A DNA stretch of 64,000 nt from Pseudolabrys sp. (GTDB taxonomy: Bacteria; Pseudomonadota; Alphaproteobacteria; Rhizobiales; Xanthobacteraceae), in NCBI GenBank assembly GCA_035648715.1, contig DASRLA010000007.1:6445-70444 (forward strand), in the 5' to 3' direction. A model generated the notes under the pieces. The model searched no databases. It saw only the letters and a program-made list of their open reading frames with translations, and was not told the DNA's origin. A program made the translations under genes and the position numbers. Positions 45,576 to 53,510 of this stretch are shown here, piece after piece (within the stretch, counting starts at the first letter, position 1; each line of letters opens with the position of its first letter).

Positions 45576-46445
45576 ATGCCCAAATTCATCATCGAACCGC
45601 ATTTCCGCTTGCAGGAATGGGTGGCGGAGGAGAAAGACTACTTCCGCCAGGAAGGCCTCGATTACGAATTCCGCGAGCTGATGCGCGCCACCGACGGCAA
45701 GATCCATGACAAGGGTTCGAATGGCGCCTATCAGTCATTCGAGGAAGGCCGCAAGGCGAACGTCTCCTGCGCCTGCCACTGGACCGTCAACGTCGCCGCC
45801 TCCAACGGTCACGGCAAGATGTACACCGATGTCTATTCGGTGACCCCGGCGGGCATCTTCGTGCCGGCCGATTCAAAGGTGAAGACGCCGGAAGACCTCG
45901 CCGACGTGCCGGTGTCGGTCGGCTTTCAGTCCGGCAGCCATTACGCCACCGTGCAGGCGCTCGAAGTCTACCTCAAGCCGGACGATATCAAACTGAACTA
46001 TGCCGACGGCATGTTGTTTAAGCGCATGGAGCTGTTGCTCGACGGCAAATCGCCGGCCTGCAGCCTGTTCGGCGGGCCGTATTACTTTGCCGAACAGCTC
46101 GGCTTCCGCAAGGTGATCGACACCACCTTCATGATCGGCACCATGATCCACGGCGATCCGGACCCGGAAGACCTGCGCAAGTTCTTCCGCGCGCTGCGCA
46201 AGGCGCAACGCGACATCGACCTGCGGCCCGAGCTTTACACGCACTACTACAAGAACGAATTCCCCGACCGCTTCCACGCCAAGATGGACACGCGGCGCTG
46301 GGGTCCGGGCGAGCGGCTGGTGTTCGAGCCCTACACCAAGGAGGTCTACGAGGAATCCTTCGAGTGGATCGCCGCCCACGGCATCTTCCCGGAAGGGGGA
46401 ATGGGCAGCGGGCAATACGAACGGGCGACGGTCTCTTTGGGCTGA
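45576..46445 (+). CDS. SsuA/THI5-like periplasmic-binding-fold protein lacking a signal peptide
   Basis: WVAEEKDYFRQEGLDYEF, KTPEDLADVPV, FFRALRKAQ; no hydrophobic N-terminus; SCACHW motif. Confidence 0.75.
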   Translation: MPKFIIEPHFRLQEWVAEEKDYFRQEGLDYEFRELMRATDGKIHDKGSNGAYQSFEEGRKANVSCACHWTVNVAASNGHGKMYTDVYSVTPAGIFVPADSKVKTPEDLADVPVSVGFQSGSHYATVQALEVYLKPDDIKLNYADGMLFKRMELLLDGKSPACSLFGGPYYFAEQLGFRKVIDTTFMIGTMIHGDPDPEDLRKFFRALRKAQRDIDLRPELYTHYYKNEFPDRFHAKMDTRRWGPGERLVFEPYTKEVYEESFEWIAAHGIFPEGGMGSGQYERATVSLG

Positions 46446-46502
46446 CAATTCCCGAATTCGGGCCTTTAATTGGAGCCCCCACTATTTCGCACGCCAACGA
46501 AA

Positions 46503-46538
46503 ATGCCGCGGTTGGGCCCCACCGCGGCACTTTTCTTT
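46503..46538 (+). terminator. intrinsic terminator
   Basis: TGCCGCGGT-TGGGCCCC-ACCGCGGCA followed by CTTTTCTTT. Confidence 0.65.
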
Positions 46539-46605
46539 AGACGAAAGCTCAGGCATTCTATCCCGCAACGATACGCATAAGGGTATCGATGGGGAGGATC
46601 CGAAC

Positions 46606-47790
46606 ATGAAACGTCTTCTGACTGCCGGCGCGGCGCTCGTCGTGGCAGCCCTTCTGCCGGTCGCCGGCCACGCTCAAGGCACGCTCAAGGTCGGCGTCAT
46701 TCTGCCCTACTCGGGCCAGTTCGCCGACGCCGCGCGCCAGGTCGATGCCGGCATCAAGCTCTATATGAAGCAGTACGGCGACAAGGCCAGCGGACTCAAG
46801 GTCGAGATCATCACCAAGGACGTCGGCGGCATCGCGCCCCCGGTCGCCAAGCGGCTGTCGGAAGAACTCGTCATCCGCGACAAGGTCGACGTGCTCGCCG
46901 GCTTCTTGCTGACGCCGAATGCGATCGCCGGCTGCGGCGTCTCGGCCGAGGCCAAGAAGCTGATGGTCATCATGAACGCGGCGACCTCGATCATCACCGA
47001 CAAGTCGCCCTACTGCACGCGCACATCGTTTACGCTGCCGATGATCACGACAGCGCTCGGCAACTGGGCAGCCAAGAACGGCAGCAAGAAAGCCTACACC
47101 ATGGTGTCGGACTACGCGCCCGGCCATGACTCGGAGAAGGGCTTCATCGACGGCTTCAAGGCCGGCGGCGGCGAGATCGTCGGCTCGGTTCGTATGGCGG
47201 TCGCCAACCCGGACTTTTCGGCTTACGTGCAGCGCGCCAAGGACCTGAACCCGGAATCGATCTTCGTGTTCATCCCGGGCGGCGCGCAGCCGGCGGCTTT
47301 CGGCAAGGCGCTGGCCGAGCGCGGCATCGACACCAAGAAGGTGAAGGTGATGGGAACGCAGGAATTGTCGGACGACACCGCGCTCGCCTCGATGGGCGAT
47401 ACGTCGCTCGGTATCATCACGGCCGGCAATTACGACCACAACCTGAAGAACAAGCTGAACCCCAAGTTCGTCGCGGACTACAAAAAGGACAACAAGGGTG
47501 AAGAGCCGAACTTCTTCGTGGTCGGCGGCTATGACGGCATGGCGCTGATTTATGCCACCGTCGCCAAGACCAAGGGCAAGCTCGACGGCGATTCGCTGAT
47601 CGCGGCGGCCAAGGGCGCCAAGTGGGACAGCCCGCGCGGCCCGATGTCGATCGATCCCGCCACCCGCGACGTAGTCGAAACCATCTACATCAACCAGGTG
47701 GTGAAGACCGGCGGCAAGCTCGGCAACAAGGAAATCGGCAAGGTCGAAAACGTGCATGACCCAGTGCACGCGGCGATGATGAAGAAGTAA
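46606..47790 (+). CDS. Liv-type (HAAT) ABC substrate-binding protein
   Basis: Signal peptide; KVGVILPYSG, SDYAPG, DSPRGPMSID. Confidence 0.9.
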   Translation: MKRLLTAGAALVVAALLPVAGHAQGTLKVGVILPYSGQFADAARQVDAGIKLYMKQYGDKASGLKVEIITKDVGGIAPPVAKRLSEELVIRDKVDVLAGFLLTPNAIAGCGVSAEAKKLMVIMNAATSIITDKSPYCTRTSFTLPMITTALGNWAAKNGSKKAYTMVSDYAPGHDSEKGFIDGFKAGGGEIVGSVRMAVANPDFSAYVQRAKDLNPESIFVFIPGGAQPAAFGKALAERGIDTKKVKVMGTQELSDDTALASMGDTSLGIITAGNYDHNLKNKLNPKFVADYKKDNKGEEPNFFVVGGYDGMALIYATVAKTKGKLDGDSLIAAAKGAKWDSPRGPMSIDPATRDVVETIYINQVVKTGGKLGNKEIGKVENVHDPVHAAMMKK

Positions 47791-47869
47791 ATCGCCACGC
47801 CGGCCATGACAAACGCCTGAGTTTGGATGGGGCGGCCGCAAGCGGTCGCCCCGTCTGTTAGCTAAAACC

Positions 47870-47980
47870 GTCATTCCGGGACGGCGCGACAGCGCCGGAC
47901 CCGGAATCCACCCACAAGCGGATATCTTTACGAGCTTCTGGATTCCGGGTTCGCTCGCTATGCTTGCGCCCCGGAATGAC
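47870..47980. repeat. GTCATTCCGGG...CCCGGAATGAC palindromic repeat (copy 2)
   Basis: Same termini and CTGGATTCCGGGTTCGC core as 45435-45540. Confidence 0.85.
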
Positions 47981-48021
47981 TCACGGGGTTTTGCGCCCGG
48001 ACTAGGAAGACCGCTACTACC

Positions 48022-48888
48022 ATGATGCTCCCCCCCGTCCTCGGCGTTCTGTTCGACGGCATCGCCTACGGCATGCTTCTGTTTTTATTGTCGGTCGGGC
48101 TGTCGGTGACGCTCGGGCTGATGAATTTCGTCAATCTGGCGCATTGCGCCTTCGCCATGCTCGGCGGTTACGTCACCGTCATTTTGATGAAGGACCTGCA
48201 CTGGAATTTCTTCGCCACCTTGCCGCTGGCGTTTTTCGCCGCCGCGCTGGTCAGCGTCGTGATCGAACGCATTTTGTATCGCCGGCTCTATCGCGCTAGC
48301 GATCTCGACCAGGTGCTGCTGACCATCGGCTTGGCCTTCATCTCGGTCGCGGTCGCCGCCTGGTTCTTCGGCACCACGCAGCAGCCGATCGACATGCCGT
48401 CTTACATGCGCGGCTCCTTCGTGGTGATGGGATTGAACATCGCGGTCTACCGCCTGTTTCTGGTGGCGGTCGGCATCGCGGTAACGATTTTGCTGATCAT
48501 GACGGTCGAGCACACCCGCTTCGGCGCGCAAGTGCGCGCGGCGGTCGACAATCAGCGCATGGCGCGTGGGCTCGGCATCGACGTCGACCGCACTTTCGCC
48601 ATCACCTTCGCGCTCGGCTCCGGCCTCGCGGGGCTGGGCGGCGCGCTGGCGATCGAGATCGTCGGACTCGATCCGCAATTCGCCTTCACGTATCTGGTCT
48701 ATGTGCTGATCATCGTCTCGGTCGGCGGGCTTGGCTCGATCACCGGATCCTTCGCCGCCGCCTGCCTCATCGGCATCAGCGACATCGCCGGCAAATATTA
48801 CGTGCCGCAACTCGGCGCCTTTCTCATCTATCTGGTCATGGTCGCGGTGCTGATGTGGCGGCCGGCCGGCCTGTTCGGGAGGCGGTAG
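48022..48888 (+). CDS. branched-chain amino acid ABC permease (LivH-like)
   Basis: GLSVTLGLMNFVNLAH, TRFGAQVRA, VGGLGS, RPAGLFG. Confidence 0.92.
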   Translation: MMLPPVLGVLFDGIAYGMLLFLLSVGLSVTLGLMNFVNLAHCAFAMLGGYVTVILMKDLHWNFFATLPLAFFAAALVSVVIERILYRRLYRASDLDQVLLTIGLAFISVAVAAWFFGTTQQPIDMPSYMRGSFVVMGLNIAVYRLFLVAVGIAVTILLIMTVEHTRFGAQVRAAVDNQRMARGLGIDVDRTFAITFALGSGLAGLGGALAIEIVGLDPQFAFTYLVYVLIIVSVGGLGSITGSFAAACLIGISDIAGKYYVPQLGAFLIYLVMVAVLMWRPAGLFGRR

Positions 48889-48937
48889 CGCATGACCCCG
48901 AAAAGTGGCATCCGGTTTTCGGATAAGGTCATGCGCA
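48886..48937. repeat. short TAG-initiated palindromic repeat
   Basis: TAGCGCATGACCCCGAAAAG...TTTTCGGATAAGGTCATGCGC; supplies the LivH-like stop codon. Confidence 0.7.
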
Positions 48938-48948
48938 CTCAAAATGCC

Positions 48949-49932
48949 ATGTCCGATATGCCCGTCTCCCCGCGGGCCTATCTGCAATCGCTGTCGCGCT
49001 GGCGGCCGATTGAAATTATTTTCTGGCTGGCAACGCTGCTGCCGTTCTGGCTGTTTCCGAATTATCTCTCGCTGGCCAGCCAAATCGCCGTCGCCGCGCT
49101 GTTTGCACTCTCGCTCGATCTCATTCTCGGTTACGCCGGTGTGGTGTCGCTCGGGCACGCGGCCTTTTTCGGCGTCGGCGCCTATACCGCCGGTCTGTTC
49201 ACCAAATTCGTCTGGGGCGAAGTGTTCACCGGGCTGATCGCGGCGGCCATCATGGCGGCGCTGGTCGGATATGCCTCCAGCTTCATTATCGCGCGCTTCC
49301 GCCATCTCACGCTCATCATGATCACGCTGGGCTTAGGCCTGATCCTGCACGAGGTGGCCAATAGCGCGAGCTGGCTGACCGGCGGCTCCGACGGCCTGCA
49401 AGGCGTCAGCGTCTGGAAGGTGGCCGGGCTGTTCCGCTTCGATCTCTACGGCACCACCGCCTACGGCTACGCACTCGGCGTTTTGTTCGTGATGTTTCTG
49501 ATGGCGCGCCGGCTGGTCAACTCGCCGTTCGGCCTGGCGTTGCGCGGCATCCGCGAGAACTTCGTGCGCATGCCGGCGATCGGCGCCGACAGCCGCGCAC
49601 ATATCCGCAAGATCTACACCATCTCGGCGGCGATGGCCGGCATCGCCGGCGCGGTGATCGCGCAGACCACGCAGACGGTGTCGCTCGAAACGCTCAGCTT
49701 CGAACGCTCTGCCGACGTTTTGGTGATGCTGGTGTTCGGCGGCGCCGGGCGGCTTTATGGCGGCATCGTCGGCGCGGCGATCTTCCTGGTGGCGCGCGAC
49801 CAGTTCTCCGGCATCGCGCCGCAATACTGGTATTTCTGGATCGGCATTCTGCTCGTCGTGGTGGTGATGTTCCTGCCGAACGGCATTCTCGGCGGGCTGT
49901 CGAAAATCACGGCGCGCTGGAGCCGCAAATGA
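48949..49932 (+). CDS. branched-chain amino acid ABC permease (LivM-like)
   Basis: GYAGVVSLGHAAFFGVGAY, TGGSDGL, SPFGLALRGIREN; start placed after the repeat. Confidence 0.9.
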   Translation: MSDMPVSPRAYLQSLSRWRPIEIIFWLATLLPFWLFPNYLSLASQIAVAALFALSLDLILGYAGVVSLGHAAFFGVGAYTAGLFTKFVWGEVFTGLIAAAIMAALVGYASSFIIARFRHLTLIMITLGLGLILHEVANSASWLTGGSDGLQGVSVWKVAGLFRFDLYGTTAYGYALGVLFVMFLMARRLVNSPFGLALRGIRENFVRMPAIGADSRAHIRKIYTISAAMAGIAGAVIAQTTQTVSLETLSFERSADVLVMLVFGGAGRLYGGIVGAAIFLVARDQFSGIAPQYWYFWIGILLVVVVMFLPNGILGGLSKITARWSRK

Positions 49933-50708
49933 GCGACCTCTCGGCGCCGGTCAAAACAACCATCGCGCTACAGACGCGCGGGCTGTCGAAGGCCTTCGGC
50001 TCGCTGGTGGTGGCGCGCGACATCGCGCTCAATCTGCCGGTCGGCGCTCGCTATGCGCTGATCGGCCCGAACGGCGCCGGCAAGACCACGCTGATCAATC
50101 TGATGACCGGCATGCTGACGCCGAACCAGGGCCAGATATTCCTGGGCGGCGCGGACATCACCGCGTTGCCGCCGCAGGCGCGCGTCAAGCGCGGGCTGGC
50201 GCGCACCTTCCAGATCAACACATTGTTCGCCGGCTTGAACGCGCTCGAAGCGGTGACGCTTGCCGTCTGCGAGCGGCGCGGCATTGCCGATCATTTCTGG
50301 CAGAACATCGCCGTGCACAAAGAGGCGATCGAGGAAGCCTACGAAATACTGGTGAAACTGCGGCTGGGCGATGCCTGCTACCAGCCCACACGTGAACTCC
50401 CCTACGGCCGCCAGCGCCTTTTGGAAATCGCGCTCGCATTGGCGACCAAGCCGAAAGTGCTGCTGCTCGATGAACCGGCGGCCGGCGTGCCGCAGGAAGA
50501 ATCCGGCGACATTTTCGAAGTGGTGGCGAGCCTGTCGAACGACCTCACGCTGCTCTTTATCGAGCATGACATGCATGTCGTGTTTCGCTTCGCCACGCAC
50601 ATCATCGTTCTCGTGAGCGGCTCGGTCTTCGCGGAAGGTTCGCCGGCCGAGATCGCCGCCGATACCGGCGTGCAGGAAGTCTATCTGGGAGCGCGCAAGC
50701 ATGGGTGA
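49929..50708 (+). CDS. ABC ATP-binding protein (LivG-like)
   Basis: GPNGAGKT, LPYGRQR, LLLDEP, IEHDM. Confidence 0.92.
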   Translation: MSDLSAPVKTTIALQTRGLSKAFGSLVVARDIALNLPVGARYALIGPNGAGKTTLINLMTGMLTPNQGQIFLGGADITALPPQARVKRGLARTFQINTLFAGLNALEAVTLAVCERRGIADHFWQNIAVHKEAIEEAYEILVKLRLGDACYQPTRELPYGRQRLLEIALALATKPKVLLLDEPAAGVPQEESGDIFEVVASLSNDLTLLFIEHDMHVVFRFATHIIVLVSGSVFAEGSPAEIAADTGVQEVYLGARKHG

Positions 50709-51433
50709 TCGTCTTGGCTGACGCGCTGCTCAAGCTGCGACAGGTCACCGCCGGCTATGGCGACGCCGTGGTGCTGCACGACGTTTCGTTCGAACTGCCG
50801 GAACACGGCTCGCTCGCCGTACTCGGTCGCAATGGCGTCGGCAAATCGACATTGCTGCTGACCATCATGGGCTTCACGCAGATGCGCGCCGGCCATGTCT
50901 ATTGGCGCGGGCAGGATATTTCGCGGCAGCCGCCACATTGGCGCGCCAATAACGGCATCGGCTGGGTGGCGCAAGAGCGCGAGATTTTTCCCTCGCTGAC
51001 GGTGGAAGAAAACCTCACGGTGGCGGCGCGGCCGGGCGAATGGACGCTCGACACGGTGTTCAAACTGTTTCCGCGTCTGGCCGAACGCCGCGCCAACATG
51101 GGCAATCAATTGTCCGGCGGCGAACAGCAGATGCTGGCCATCGCGCGCGCGCTGATGACCAACCCTTCGCTCTTGTTGCTCGACGAGCCGTTCGAGGGCC
51201 TCGCCCCGGTGATCGTCGATGAGATGACGGCCGCCGTGAAGCAGATGCTGTCGGGCCGCCGCATCGCCATCGTGCTGGTTGAGCAGCACACGGAAATTGC
51301 GCTGGAGCTGACGACCGATGCAATCGTGCTCGAACGCGGCGCGGTCGCCCACCGTGCCGGGTCCTCGGCGCTCGCGGGCGACAAGGCGACGCTGGAGCGG
51401 CTGGTCGGCTTGCGGGTCGCGGCGACGCCGTAG
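50705..51433 (+). CDS. ABC ATP-binding protein (LivF-like)
   Basis: GRNGVGKS, LSGGEQQM, LLLDEP. Confidence 0.92.
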   Translation: MIVLADALLKLRQVTAGYGDAVVLHDVSFELPEHGSLAVLGRNGVGKSTLLLTIMGFTQMRAGHVYWRGQDISRQPPHWRANNGIGWVAQEREIFPSLTVEENLTVAARPGEWTLDTVFKLFPRLAERRANMGNQLSGGEQQMLAIARALMTNPSLLLLDEPFEGLAPVIVDEMTAAVKQMLSGRRIAIVLVEQHTEIALELTTDAIVLERGAVAHRAGSSALAGDKATLERLVGLRVAATP

Positions 51434-51435
51434 GC

Positions 51436-51570
51436 GTTCCCCGGATGCGGCGCAGCGTGTAGCGAAGCAAAACGGTGCGACGCTGATCCGGGGTCCAACT
51501 TTTTCACAGCTAGAAAGCTGGGTCCCGGTTCTGCGGTGCGGCACTTCGTACCGCACCGCGCCCGGGAAAC
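51436..51570. repeat. palindromic intergenic repeat (RIME-like)
   Basis: GTTCCCCGGATGCGGCGCAGCG...GCTGATCCGGGGTCC...GGGTCCCGGTTCTGCG...CCCGGGAAAC. Confidence 0.7.
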
Positions 51571-51640
51571 GAGACCGATAACATTGCGCGAAAGCGCGTC
51601 AGCGTGAGATGCTAGCCGTCTGAAATGACGGAGACCCTCA

Positions 51641-52522
51641 ATGTCGCAACCCATGATCCCGCGCGAGCGCGCCGAATTTTCCGCCATCGTCGATCGGCCG
51701 CCGCTCAAGCTGCCGGGCAAGGCGCGCATCGTGTTCTGGACCATCGTCAATTACGAGGTCTGGGACATCGGCAAGCCGATGGCGCGCCAGCTTTTGCCGG
51801 CGCCGACCGGCGTGCCGCTGATGCCGGACGTGGTGCATTGGGGCTTTCACGAATACGGCATGCGCGTCGGCTGCTGGCGCTTCCACGAGTTGTACCGAAA
51901 GCTCGGCATTCGCCCGACGCTGTCGGCCAATGCGCGCATCTGCGAAGATTATCCGCGCGTGGCGGCGCAGGCGCGCGACGATGGCTGGGAGTTCATGGGC
52001 CATGCCTATGAGCAGGGCCCGATACACAAGGAGCCGGACCAGGCGGCGATGATCAATCGCTCGATGGACATCATGGAGAAATTCACAGGCAAGCGCCCCG
52101 TTGGCTGGCTCGGGCCCGGGCTGACCCAAACGTTGGAGACGCCGGACCTGCTTACGGCCGCGGGCGTGAAATATATCGGCGATTGGGTCTATGACGACGA
52201 GCCGACCACGATCAAGACGACCAATGGCCCGCTTGTGACGCTGCCCTACACGATTGAGCTGAACGACATTCCGGTGATGCTGGTTCAGCATCACGACAGC
52301 GACTATCTCTTGAAGATGGCGCAGAACCAGTTCGACCGGCTCTATAAAGAGAGCGAACAACGCGCCAAGATCGTCGCGCTTGCCATTCATCCTTACATCA
52401 GCGGCCAGCCGCACCGCATCAAATATCTCGAAGCGATCTATGATTACGTCAACGGCCACGAGGGCGTGCTGCACTGGAACGGCGAGCAGATTTTGGAGTG
52501 GTATCAAAAAGCAAAGGTCTGA
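51641..52522 (+). CDS. polysaccharide deacetylase family protein (PuuE-like)
   Basis: VNYEVW, HEYGMRVG, EFMGHAY, GWLGPGL, PYTIELND, HPYISG. Confidence 0.88.
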   Translation: MSQPMIPRERAEFSAIVDRPPLKLPGKARIVFWTIVNYEVWDIGKPMARQLLPAPTGVPLMPDVVHWGFHEYGMRVGCWRFHELYRKLGIRPTLSANARICEDYPRVAAQARDDGWEFMGHAYEQGPIHKEPDQAAMINRSMDIMEKFTGKRPVGWLGPGLTQTLETPDLLTAAGVKYIGDWVYDDEPTTIKTTNGPLVTLPYTIELNDIPVMLVQHHDSDYLLKMAQNQFDRLYKESEQRAKIVALAIHPYISGQPHRIKYLEAIYDYVNGHEGVLHWNGEQILEWYQKAKV

Positions 52523-52586
52523 CTTCTTCCCTCCCCCCGCTTCGCGGGGAGAGGGACAAGAAACAAAACTGATGAGGAAACACCGC

Positions 52587-53492
52587 ATGAACTTCCCCAA
52601 GCCCCCCGTCGGCATGTTGCCGGGTGACCGCATCACCTATTCGCCGATCATCAACCGCAAGCCGCTCAAGCTGCCGAACAAGGCGCGCATGGTGGTGTGG
52701 ACCGTGACCAACGTGGAAGCATGGGACCCGACCCAGACCATGCCGCGCACGGTGTTGACGCCGCCGGCGGGCGGCTCGCCGATGCCCGACATTCCGAACT
52801 GGTGCTGGCACGAATACGGCAACCGCGTCGGCTTCTGGCGGTTGTTGCAAGTGTACGATGAGTTCAAGATTCCGGGCGTGATGAACATCAACGGCGTCGC
52901 CGTCAACGCATTCCCGGAAATGATCAAGGCTTGCGTCGAGCGCAAGTGGGAATTCGTCGGCCACGGCTATACGCAGCGTAACATGCAGAAGGTCGAGAAC
53001 GAACGCGCCGACATCAAGAAGAGCGCCGAGGTGCTCAAGAAGGCGACCGGCGTGCTGCCGCGCGGCTGGCTCGGGCCCGGGCTGACCGAAACCTGGGAGA
53101 CGCCTGATCTCCTGAGCGAGGAAGGCTACGACTATGTCGCCGACTGGGTGATGGACGACCAACCGGTCTGGATGAAGACGCGTAACAAGCCGATCCTCAA
53201 CATTCCCTATACGCAGGAATGCAACGACGTCGCCATGATGCTGATCCAGCACCACAAGGCGAACGAATTCTACGAACGCGCCATGGACCAGTTCGAGCAG
53301 ATATATAAAGACTCGAAGGACGGCGCGCGCGTAATGGCGATTTCGGTGCATCCCTACATCATGGGCGCGCCGCACCGGGCGAAATATTTCCGGCAGATTT
53401 TCCAGAAAATTCGCAAGAAGAAGGACGTGCTGTTCTGGACCGGCGGCCAGATCGCGGATTGGTACAAGAAGGTCGGGCCCAAGCCTGAATAA
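52587..53492 (+). CDS. polysaccharide deacetylase family protein (PuuE-like), tandem paralog
   Basis: NVEAW, HEYGNRVG, EFVGHGY, GWLGPGL, PYTQECND, HPYIMG; start after GAGGA. Confidence 0.88.
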   Translation: MNFPKPPVGMLPGDRITYSPIINRKPLKLPNKARMVVWTVTNVEAWDPTQTMPRTVLTPPAGGSPMPDIPNWCWHEYGNRVGFWRLLQVYDEFKIPGVMNINGVAVNAFPEMIKACVERKWEFVGHGYTQRNMQKVENERADIKKSAEVLKKATGVLPRGWLGPGLTETWETPDLLSEEGYDYVADWVMDDQPVWMKTRNKPILNIPYTQECNDVAMMLIQHHKANEFYERAMDQFEQIYKDSKDGARVMAISVHPYIMGAPHRAKYFRQIFQKIRKKKDVLFWTGGQIADWYKKVGPKPE

Positions 53493-53510
53493 AGCCGGAG
53501 GCGTGACGAC

